A stretch of DNA of 64,000 bases, taken from Candidatus Bathyarchaeia archaeon (GTDB lineage: Archaea > Thermoproteota > Bathyarchaeia > Bathyarchaeales > Bathycorpusculaceae). The translations under genes and the position numbers were made by a program. The first letter of the stretch is position 1. Each line of letters opens with the position of its first letter. The DNA lies in the NCBI GenBank assembly GCA_038883655.1, contig JAVZLQ010000005.1, positions 1 to 64,000 of the forward strand, written 5' to 3'. This document shows positions 9,438-17,182 of the stretch, in pieces. Below the pieces are notes generated by a model, which saw only the letters and a list, made by a program, of their open reading frames with translations, ran no database searches and was not told the DNA's origin.

Positions 9438-9984
9438 TCTCAAGCACTCGAGAAGCTTCCCTAAGCAATAAAGCCGTTGCCCTCTTAAATTTTGGATAAA
9501 GAAGCCGGGAAGCTTCCAAGTATTCTTTGAATAGGCCGTCGTTTTCGCCTTCACAGTTCAAAGCTTCAGTTTTAGGCTTATCCGCCACGCCTCTCTTCTC
9601 TTTCATTTTCCTCAGCAAACTTGTAGGATTCGTTTTAATTCCCATTTCCCTAAGCTTTTCAGCTATACGCCTATAACCTAACCCTTCTTTCTGAAGCTTC
9701 TCGATAAGTTGAAACGTCTGCTCATTCCACATGATAGGCTTCAATTCTTTAGGCTGTTCTGAAGGTTCAAACGTAGGCGCAGCCTCCGTTTGGTTATTGC
9801 TGTTAGGTTTCTTCAAGAAAAAGAAAAGCCTTCCATTATAAGATTGCTGGAAAACCTTAACGCCTTCCGCCTTAAGCTGTTCACTCCACTCGGGTTTAAA
9901 AGCTGAATGCGGAATCAAAAGGCAAAGCCCAAAATCCGTTTCTTCCTCAGGATAGGATTCGCTTAACTCCTCGTATAAACCCAT
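9430..9984 (-). CDS. Hypothetical protein with central HTH
   Basis: EGLGYRRIAEKLREMGI HTH-like segment. Confidence 0.6.
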   Translation of the reverse strand: MGLYEELSESYPEEETDFGLCLLIPHSAFKPEWSEQLKAEGVKVFQQSYNGRLFFFLKKPNSNNQTEAAPTFEPSEQPKELKPIMWNEQTFQLIEKLQKEGLGYRRIAEKLREMGIKTNPTSLLRKMKEKRGVADKPKTEALNCEGENDGLFKEYLEASRLLYPKFKRATALLLREASRVLENG

Positions 9985-10262
9985 GTTGCCCCTAACAATA
10001 ATGGATATGCGGTTTCAAATTTAAACTTTAACATTTATGTTTAGATATGCTTTGAAGCATATACGGTATATATTTATGTTAATTAAATAGGTGACAAAAA
10101 TCGATAAAATTCTGGCTTCTTTTTGTTTAATCAACAATTCACTTCCTAAAAAGAAATAAACGGAAATAGAATGATGTTTAAACCTAGAGAAGCTCAAAAT
10201 GAAGAGATTTTCTCCTATAAAATTAATTAAATTCACATGTGAAACGATGATTTAGGCAACTG

Positions 10263-10910
10263 TCAAGTTTCCTTCGTTTCCCTCTCAATTATGTCTGAAG
10301 CGAAACGCCGAAGATAGTTGAAGCCCGTCTGGTAGCTTTCCAAATCTAAACGCCTCTGCACTTTGAAAGCACCTATAATGGTTGAGTCTTGTTTTATGAT
10401 GTCCGCGGCTACGGTTTCCCTGAACAAGTGCATCCAGATTTTAGGCGATAAACTTCTCACTATGTTGAACAGTTGCCTATCGGATAAATGTTCATTTGGA
10501 ATTATGACTATGTTTCCAAACACGCTTCTAACTGAAGGGAAAAAATACTGTGGCTTAGGCTGTAAACCGTTCAAGTAGCTAAGATATTCCAATATTGGCT
10601 TTGCCAAAGGCTCAGTTAAGGATACGCTTTTAATTGACTGTTTCGTTAAAACCGTCTTCTTCCGTTTCTTCAAAAGCGTGAAGCGGATATGAAGCATACC
10701 CTCTTCAACTTCAAAGTCGCCTAACTCAAGCCGCGCTAATTCGCTTCGCCTTTTACCTGTAAGCCTCAAAATGCAAAGTAACGCTTTAGCTCTCAGTTTG
10801 AAAAACACGTTTGGTATGGCTTCAGCTTTAGCTAACAATTCGCTAAACTCTTCCTCGCTAATCACAGTTTTTCTCTGTGTTCTATCCGACGAGCCTCTAA
10901 CATACGTCAT
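10263..10910 (-). CDS. Second, intact short tyrosine recombinase (catalytic domain only)
   Basis: LRLTGKRRSEL, HLFR, C-terminal NYLRR; 215 aa without an obvious N-terminal binding domain. Confidence 0.85.
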   Translation of the reverse strand: MTYVRGSSDRTQRKTVISEEEFSELLAKAEAIPNVFFKLRAKALLCILRLTGKRRSELARLELGDFEVEEGMLHIRFTLLKKRKKTVLTKQSIKSVSLTEPLAKPILEYLSYLNGLQPKPQYFFPSVRSVFGNIVIIPNEHLSDRQLFNIVRSLSPKIWMHLFRETVAADIIKQDSTIIGAFKVQRRLDLESYQTGFNYLRRFASDIIERETKET

Positions 10911-10984
10911 GTTTCATTCTCCTTGTAATGTCTAATGAACTTAAGGAAAGTGAAGCGGAAAGGCTAGAGCGGGTAAGCATAAAG

Positions 10985-11155
10985 TCACCGCCTCGCAATT
11001 ATAATTATGATTATTAACCCTGCCAACACAAGCAATAGGAAGCCTAGAACAAACATTGAAGCGAAGCTGGAGTTTAACAAGTAAAGTGCAGGAATCAAAC
11101 CGCACAAACAAAGAACAAGCAAAACCAAACTTAAGATTCCCTCATCATCGAACAT
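10985..11155 (-). CDS. 56-aa two-TM hydrophobic microprotein
   Basis: MFDDEGILSLVLLVLCLCGLIPALYLLNSSFASMFVLGFLLLVLAGLIIIIIIARR; start overlaps the upstream stop. Confidence 0.6.
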   Translation of the reverse strand: MFDDEGILSLVLLVLCLCGLIPALYLLNSSFASMFVLGFLLLVLAGLIIIIIIARR

Positions 11156-11315
11156 AATCAACCCTCTTTTTGCGAATATGCTCCTCAAGTTCTTTTTCTC
11201 GTCTAAGCTCTTCCAAATCCGCCCTAAGCAGCTCCAAGATAAGAAGTTCACGTTCTCTTTCAATTTCGCTAAGTTTAACCCTCTTTCTTTTCCTTTTTTC
11301 CTTCACTTTCTCCAT
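11145..11315 (-). CDS. 56-aa charged coiled-coil microprotein (not in track)
   Basis: MEKVKEKRKRKRVKLSEIERERELLILELLRADLEELRREKELEEHIRKKRVDYVR; GGTGAGG RBS. Confidence 0.6.
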   Translation of the reverse strand: MEKVKEKRKRKRVKLSEIERERELLILELLRADLEELRREKELEEHIRKKRVDYVR

Positions 11316-11409
11316 ATTTCCGCCTCACCTTAGCGATTAAATTATCGAAATACTCACGCAATAAGAAGCCTAAAAGAAAGCCCAAAAAAATTAGCACATA
11401 CTCATCCAT
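11275..11409 (-). CDS. 44-aa single-TM microprotein (not in track)
   Basis: MDEYVLIFLGFLLGFLLREYFDNLIAKVRRKYGESEGKKEKKEG; ATG overlaps the upstream stop. Confidence 0.5.
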   Translation of the reverse strand: MDEYVLIFLGFLLGFLLREYFDNLIAKVRRKYGESEGKKEKKEG

Positions 11410-11706
11410 GCTCTAAAACCTCGCTAAGTTTCTCGATAACAAAGGTTTTCCTTCCTTTGCGGTTCAACTTATAAAATTCTAAAACCCGCTCTATCGGAAG
11501 GCCCGAGTAAACGTCTATTATTGCCTTCAAAAGCATGGCCCTGCCTTGATAACCTTCATTAATAGGATAAACAGAATCCTCACTTTCGAAAATAATCTTT
11601 AACAAACGTAAAATATCTTCAAAACTGAAAACTTCTCCATAGGCCCAATCTTAACAAGCTTATCGTTAACCCCCTTTTTGCCCCTCAGAATTTCAAACCT
11701 AACCAT
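11402..11706 (-). pseudogene. Hypothetical gene apparently frameshifted near 11650
   Basis: ATG 11706 gives MVRFEILRGKKGVNDKLVKI...; a different frame continues ...WAYGEVFSFEDILRLLKIIFESEDS to the stop at 11402. Confidence 0.4.
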
Positions 11707-12592
11707 TAGAACCTCTCCATTTTATTTGGGCCCTGTTGGGTTCAGAATCGAGAGGTTTAGCGTTTAGTATGGCCTCTTCTTCAGGTGTCAAGGCATATTG
11801 AGGCATATCTGATATGCTTTCACTTTCACTCAACTGATTTGTGTGTGTGCTGTCTATAGCTTCTTCTTCTTTCTTTTTATCTCCCCCCATATCCCCCCTC
11901 TTATTCTCTGAGGCCTCTATGTTGGTTTGGTTTCTCTGCAGTCTCTCCGTGCGAGGAGACACCGAGGTTTCTCCTACTGATACCTCTTCCTCTAATCCAG
12001 CATGGTTTAGGCTTCTACTTAATTGTGAATGGGGTTCTATGTATAGACTGCACACACGCATTTCTTCTTTGGAAACTTCAGAGCTTCCTTCAAGTTCTTG
12101 TAGGCTGTTAACGACTTCTTGAGCTTCTCCTTCTTGTTCTTCTTGTAGAGTGGTTTGAACCGTGTAGTATGGCATAAGTTCATGATGAATAAGATAGCGT
12201 GTTTCCTTTCCTTCTTTGACTTTTGAAATGTAACCTAAAATTTCAAGTAGTCCAGTTTTAGCTGGTAATCTTCTTTCATTCATGTATTCGAATTGAGCCA
12301 CTTTTCCGCTCATTCGGTTCATTCTTACAACTTTGCTTAGGCCCGTGTGTCTTTCCACTTTCTCAGGCCTTCCTAGGTAGCGTTCTATTGTGCGTTTGTC
12401 GTTAGAGCCGAAAAATTGGATAAACTCAAACTCGAGAGTTTCGTATCTGCATTTTTTGAGGCCTACTTCCCACAAGTGGGCCATAAACTCTATGGCCCGA
12501 TTAGTGCTTATGAAAGCTCCACGTTTAAGAAAGCGTCTAAGTTTTGGTTCTGTGGTAAAGCTTTTTAACGGTTTTGTGTTTATTTCTCCCAT
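11699..12592 (-). CDS. Hypothetical protein, largest cargo ORF (candidate replication protein)
   Basis: 297-aa ORF with basic folded N-half and acidic low-complexity C-half; GGAGG RBS; function not recognised. Confidence 0.6.
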   Translation of the reverse strand: MGEINTKPLKSFTTEPKLRRFLKRGAFISTNRAIEFMAHLWEVGLKKCRYETLEFEFIQFFGSNDKRTIERYLGRPEKVERHTGLSKVVRMNRMSGKVAQFEYMNERRLPAKTGLLEILGYISKVKEGKETRYLIHHELMPYYTVQTTLQEEQEGEAQEVVNSLQELEGSSEVSKEEMRVCSLYIEPHSQLSRSLNHAGLEEEVSVGETSVSPRTERLQRNQTNIEASENKRGDMGGDKKKEEEAIDSTHTNQLSESESISDMPQYALTPEEEAILNAKPLDSEPNRAQIKWRGSNG

Positions 12593-12632
12593 GAGGCCCT
12601 CCAGCCTTCCTTTTTCTGTTTAAGCTTCCATG

Positions 12633-12764
12633 TTAGCCTCGGTTTCTTTTGGTGTAAATTTGTGAGCCTCTTATGTGTCCACACCTAGGACATTTTAAGG
12701 GATTTTCCACTCGAGGAATCCACTCATGGCCGCACTTTTCGCATTTTATTTTGAGCAGTTGCAT
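12633..12764 (-). CDS. 43-aa zinc-ribbon microprotein (not in track)
   Basis: MQLLKIKCEKCGHEWIPRVENPLKCPRCGHIRGSQIYTKRNRG: CxxC...CPxC. Confidence 0.75.
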   Translation of the reverse strand: MQLLKIKCEKCGHEWIPRVENPLKCPRCGHIRGSQIYTKRNRG

Positions 12765-12842
12765 GGTTTCACTCTCATTATCTTCATTATGCGGAAGTTT
12801 TATATAAGTCAAGATGTAGCATAATTAAGTGGAAGTGGTTAT

Positions 12843-13469
12843 ATGACAAAACCGAAAAACAATTATCATATGTCAAAAGAGCCAAATGATTTGCCACTAT
12901 TACAAAGAACTATAATTACACATTTAGCTCAAAATGGGCCTCAAACCATTAATGAAACTGTGCAAAACATCAAGCACCATTATAAGCCTACATGGATAGC
13001 CTTCGGAAGCCTTCAGAAAAAAAAGTTAATTCAAAAAGTTAATTCTAAAAAGTATCGAGGAAGAGAATACTCTCAATATTGGCTTACAGAGAAAGGCGTA
13101 ATCTACGCTTTAGCTAAGGAAATGAACCCTCAAAAACTGCTAGTTCACACGGAAAACGTTTACGGAAAAAACAGCCTAATGGCCCTGCTTGTCAAATTGG
13201 CTCAGGCTTTAGGCCCTAAGGCTTACCGTTTCTGCTTAAACCTAATGCTTGATAAGGGCTTAACAGAGGAATCCGTTTCTATCGCTTTGAACACAAGCCT
13301 AATCTACGCCTCACAGCTTAGCGGTAAGAACCCTCAAACCCTAATGAAGGAAATCTTAACGGTTCTGAAGGATTTTCCACAGTTTTATAGCCTATACAAA
13401 CAAACCTTTCATGGAATCAAAAAGGGAATTCTTAGCCTTTCTGAAATTGTGGAAGGTGTTAAGGTATGA
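12843..13469 (+). CDS. Winged-helix DNA-binding protein (element regulator)
   Basis: IITHLAQNGPQTINE...LQKKKLI...YWLTEKG. Confidence 0.7.
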   Translation: MTKPKNNYHMSKEPNDLPLLQRTIITHLAQNGPQTINETVQNIKHHYKPTWIAFGSLQKKKLIQKVNSKKYRGREYSQYWLTEKGVIYALAKEMNPQKLLVHTENVYGKNSLMALLVKLAQALGPKAYRFCLNLMLDKGLTEESVSIALNTSLIYASQLSGKNPQTLMKEILTVLKDFPQFYSLYKQTFHGIKKGILSLSEIVEGVKV

Positions 13470-13870
13470 GGTTTGAGCACGGATTAAATCACTCGAGTAG
13501 TTTAGCCCAAATCACTCGAGTAAAACCAGCTAAAAAAGAACCTAGAAAAACAGTCGGAATCACACTTCCACCTCATTTAATAACGGAAGCAAAAAACCAC
13601 AACCTAAACATAAGCAGAATCTGTGAACAAGCTCTCACATCAATTCTGGAATATCTGCAAACTCAAAATCAAACCGAAAGCTCTAAATCTTTTAGTGAAG
13701 CTTTTCTTCAGAGAAAAGGTTCGAGGGCCCGTAGCTCAGTAAGGATAGAGCACCGGGCTTTTAACCCGGGGGTCCCGGGTTCAAACTTGAAAAGGCACAA
13801 CCTTCAAGGAACAGTTCCCGGCGGGCCCGCCAACAACAATAATTCTTTAACACTTTTTTATAAAAAATAG
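13466..13870 (+). CDS. int(N): CcdA-like RHH N-terminal integrase fragment reading through the tRNA gene
   Basis: RKTVGITLPPHLITEAKNHNLNISRICEQAL (RHH/CcdA-like); crosses attR in the same frame as int(C) crosses attL. Confidence 0.75.
   Translation: MRFEHGLNHSSSLAQITRVKPAKKEPRKTVGITLPPHLITEAKNHNLNISRICEQALTSILEYLQTQNQTESSKSFSEAFLQRKGSRARSSVRIEHRAFNPGVPGSNLKRHNLQGTVPGGPANNNNSLTLFYKK
13725..13832 (+). tRNA. tRNA-Lys(UUU) with 30-nt T-loop intron (~13785-13814); contains attR
   Basis: GGGCCCG/CGGGCCC acceptor plus GCCA; anticodon arm CCGGG-CT-TTT-AA-CCCGG; BHB GTTC/GAAC with AAA and AGT bulges, intron stem CTTGAA/TTCAAG. Confidence 0.93.
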
Positions 13871-13955
13871 AAAATATAACTTTTAAAAACACATCCTTTG
13901 TAGTAATATTTGTGATTGCGGAATATTTGTTAAAGTATACGCCATTAAATTATGC

Positions 13956-15680
13956 TTGATGATTATGAATGCCACGCTGAAAAAGGTAGTGCTAATACTT
14001 GCAATTACCGTTACACTTCTAGGTTTTGCAAGAATAAATGTCATGACAGCTCGCTCGGATGCTCGACAAATAGACCTTTTCACTCAAAAAATCCCATACA
14101 GCGGGAAAGGGCCAAATGTGCCAAGCGATTCTTTTCAACCGCAGGAACTTGTTATCCTTTACGCTAATGTGACCTACAATGATTGTCCTGTTGCAAACAA
14201 GCTTGTGGCTTTTCAAGTCAACAACCCGGCAAATAAATTTTGGAACATAACAATTGTCGGTGTAAATGCCACGGACAGCAACGGAATAGCCCAATTTTCT
14301 TTCCGCATTCCCTGGTCTATGGAGAATTCTGAGGATATAATTTTTGGCGAATGGTTTTCGGTGGCAACGGTGGATGTGGGCGGCGAAGTTGTCATGGATA
14401 CTTTAATTTTTAAGGTTGGGTGGATTGTTGAAGTAACAAAATTGGAAACTTTGGACAAATATTTGATTCCAAAGACAAAATTTTTCCGTGAAGAAGCCAT
14501 AATATTCAACTTGACGGTCAAAAATATAGCCTTTACACCTAAACTTGGCACTATAACAATTGATGCACAGGACGCAGCTAACAATCCAATAATACATGTC
14601 GAAATAGAAAACGCAGTATTCCAGCCTGGCGTAAATTGTGTAAACATAACCTCCAGCATACCTAAAAACAGTGCTGTCGGAGAAGCAACTGTTTCAGCGG
14701 TTGCTCACACAGCATTGCCGGAAAAAGGTGGAGTTCCCTATTGTCCACCATTTTATTCAACTTTCGAAATACTTGCCCCCCCAATCAAGCAATATTATTT
14801 GACCGTCAAAACGGAACCACATAACATAAGCATGCTTCACCCAATATATGGCGAAGGATGGTACAATGAGGGATCAGTCGTTAACCTTTCTGCCCCCAAG
14901 GAAATCCTATATGTAAACATAGGTGTCCGTTACTTGTTTCTTTACTGGGATGTGGATGGCCATACTCAAGGTTCAGGTGTCAACACGATTTCAGTGGTTA
15001 TGGATAATAATCATACTGCCACGGCGCACTACGTTCTGCAATATTATCTGACTGTGAAGTCTCCTTATGGAACATCCGGCGGCGCTGGATGGTACAACGC
15101 TGGGTCAGTTGCTTATGCCACTCTTAATTTTGGGCTTCTAGATCATTGGAATGGAACGCGTAGAGCCTTTACTTGTTGGAGTGGCGATGCTTCTGGAATG
15201 CTCTATAATCAGAGTAACCCCATACTTATGGATGGACCGAAGACTGCGATTGCGCTTTGGAAGACGCAGTTTTACCTTTCCGTTAGGGTGGATCCAATCG
15301 GAATAACTGCGGTTTCTGGTGAGGGTTGGTATGACGCTGGGGCGAATGTTACTTTAAGTGCCCCGCATGTTTCTGATTATAATTTCAGCCATTGGGATGT
15401 CAATGGGGTTTCTCAAGGTTCAGGAGTTAGCATCATAACGATTTTTATGGACGCGCCTAAAACTGCAACTGCACATTATGTTAAAGAGGCGGCTCCATGG
15501 GCTTGGTTCCTTCCAGAATGGTTCTACTGGCTTCTTTTACTGCTTCTACTCTTACTAGTTCTAATTTTATTGATCTTGTATTACCGCAGAAGAAAAAGGA
15601 AAGAGACTGGAGAATTTCATTCCGGATGGACTGCATGGTACTATTGTTATAATTTGCGTGAAGCCAGAAAAATTGGTTGA
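13956..15680 (+). CDS. Secreted, C-terminally anchored surface protein with InlB B-like repeats
   Basis: Signal peptide, three YYLTV...G(E/A)GWY repeats, C-terminal poly-Leu TM plus RRRKRK. Confidence 0.75.
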   Translation: MMIMNATLKKVVLILAITVTLLGFARINVMTARSDARQIDLFTQKIPYSGKGPNVPSDSFQPQELVILYANVTYNDCPVANKLVAFQVNNPANKFWNITIVGVNATDSNGIAQFSFRIPWSMENSEDIIFGEWFSVATVDVGGEVVMDTLIFKVGWIVEVTKLETLDKYLIPKTKFFREEAIIFNLTVKNIAFTPKLGTITIDAQDAANNPIIHVEIENAVFQPGVNCVNITSSIPKNSAVGEATVSAVAHTALPEKGGVPYCPPFYSTFEILAPPIKQYYLTVKTEPHNISMLHPIYGEGWYNEGSVVNLSAPKEILYVNIGVRYLFLYWDVDGHTQGSGVNTISVVMDNNHTATAHYVLQYYLTVKSPYGTSGGAGWYNAGSVAYATLNFGLLDHWNGTRRAFTCWSGDASGMLYNQSNPILMDGPKTAIALWKTQFYLSVRVDPIGITAVSGEGWYDAGANVTLSAPHVSDYNFSHWDVNGVSQGSGVSIITIFMDAPKTATAHYVKEAAPWAWFLPEWFYWLLLLLLLLLVLILLILYYRRRKRKETGEFHSGWTAWYYCYNLREARKIG

Positions 15681-15858
15681 AAGCCTTCTCTTCCTCCACA
15701 TCAAGCTAAGCATCAGAATGTCCAAATCTACATAAATTAATTGCTATCTAGGCTGGCATATTCCACTCTCAAAAATATATTGTTTACGTGGTCATTTCAA
15801 TTTTGGAAATTTCGCTTTATAAGCTGTAAGCAGATTTTTATCTTGAGGAGAAGGCGAG

Positions 15859-15978
15859 ATGCTTGAAGAAACAGCTTCTGGAGCCATTCAAATGCTGATG
15901 CTGTTCTTCTGGGTTACTTTAGCCTTCGTAATATTTTATGGCGCCCTATGGGTGCGCTCCCAAAAGAAAACCACGTGA
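15859..15978 (+). CDS. 39-aa single-TM microprotein (not in track)
   Basis: MLEETASGAIQMLMLFFWVTLAFVIFYGALWVRSQKKTT; GAGGAG RBS and upstream TTTATAA. Confidence 0.55.
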   Translation: MLEETASGAIQMLMLFFWVTLAFVIFYGALWVRSQKKTT

Positions 15979-16027
15979 ATAATATACGAAACGCATAAAT
16001 CTCAATTTCACGCTTAAAATTTTGATT

Positions 16028-16187
16028 CGGGCGGTAGCTCAGCCTGGTAGAGCTTCCGAGCCTGCTGACAAGGCTCAGCAGACGGAGACGCTGTAGACGC
16101 CTACCAATGGTGGGCGTTCCATTTCAGCCTGCCAGGCGCACAACAGAAACCGGAGTGTCGCAGGTTCAAATCCTGCCCGCCCGACCA
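16028..16187 (+). tRNA. tRNA-Tyr(GUA) with two introns (16059-16089 at 30/31; 16097-16148 at 37/38)
   Basis: C1-G72 acceptor CGGGCGG/CCGCCCG plus ACCA; removing both introns gives TCCGG-CT-GTA-GA-CCGGA; helices CTTC/GGAG and CTGT/ACAG with 3-nt bulges. Confidence 0.88.
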
Positions 16188-16249
16188 AAGCAATCATAAA
16201 TATTTAACTTGAACATTATTCTATATGCACTAATGGTAGGTAGAGGGTT

Positions 16250-17182
16250 ATGAGTAAAAGTTTCACATTTCTTATAATAGAGCCCATTCACCCTTGCGGA
16301 ATAGAGGTTTTGGAAAAATATGGAAAAGTGATTCAGCTTAGCTCCAATGCTACTTGGAAGGATATTTTAAAGTTTTGTAAGGAGGCCGACGTTTTCATCA
16401 CTAGAGGTTTTATAAAAATTCCGAGGGAAGTTTTGGACGCTTCTGAGAATCTTAAAGTGATTGGGGTTCATGGTGTAGGGGTTGATCATATCGATGTGGA
16501 TTTTGCAGAGAGAAAGGGTATTCGTATAGTTCGAACTCCAGAAGCATTAACTGATAGCGTGGCTGAATTCACTGTTGGACTTATCTTGACTCTCTTACGA
16601 AAGATACCCTTAGCTGATGATGCTGTTAAGAAAGGAGAGTGGAACAAGAAATACAGTAGTCTAGTTGGCGTTGAGCTTATGGGTAAGACCGTAGGGATTT
16701 TGGGATTTGGGCGGATTGGAAGCGCTGTTGCTAAGAGGCTTTGCGGTTTTAACGTTAACTTGGTCTATTATAAACGGAACAGAAGCGTGGAGCTTGAAAG
16801 GCAACTTGGAGTAAAATACGTTTCTTTTAACGAACTTTTGAAGATTTCAGATGTAATATCAATTCATGTTCCGTTAACCTCCGAAACTTATCATATGATT
16901 TCCTTTAAGGAGTTTGCTTTAATGAAGCGTGGCGTTTACATTGTTAACACAGCTAGGGGCGCAGTCATAGACGAAAAGGCATTGTATGAGGCTTTGGTTT
17001 CTGGGAAAGTGGCTGGAGCAGCCTTGGATGTTTTCGAATCTGAACCTTTAAGTTTAGATAATCCTTTAACAAAGTTTGATAATGTTATTCTTACACCACA
17101 TTTGGCAGCAAGTTGTGAGGAAACCCTTAAGAGGCTTGCTGTGGCGGTAGCCGAGAAAGTTATTCAAGCCTTAAAAGAGTAA
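16250..17182 (+). CDS. D-2-hydroxyacid dehydrogenase (SerA-like)
   Basis: GVGVDHID, GFGRIG, NTARG, DVFESEP, TPHL. Confidence 0.9.
   Translation: MSKSFTFLIIEPIHPCGIEVLEKYGKVIQLSSNATWKDILKFCKEADVFITRGFIKIPREVLDASENLKVIGVHGVGVDHIDVDFAERKGIRIVRTPEALTDSVAEFTVGLILTLLRKIPLADDAVKKGEWNKKYSSLVGVELMGKTVGILGFGRIGSAVAKRLCGFNVNLVYYKRNRSVELERQLGVKYVSFNELLKISDVISIHVPLTSETYHMISFKEFALMKRGVYIVNTARGAVIDEKALYEALVSGKVAGAALDVFESEPLSLDNPLTKFDNVILTPHLAASCEETLKRLAVAVAEKVIQALKE

Larger units (their letters stand above)
8137..13766. mobile_element. Integrated element (5,586-bp unit) in tRNA-Lys(UUU) with SSV-type split integrase
   Basis: Perfect 44-bp direct repeats at 8137-8180 and 13723-13766, two tyrosine recombinase ORFs, otherwise small or unknown genes. 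Confidence 0.92.

Noticed and set aside
10021-10236. 71-aa track ORF in the AT-rich gap
   Set aside because: No RBS and composition typical of translated AT-rich DNA; treated as spurious.
13466-13870. CcdA-type toxin-antitoxin module
   Set aside because: No adjacent toxin gene; frame continuity with int(C) explains the ORF better.
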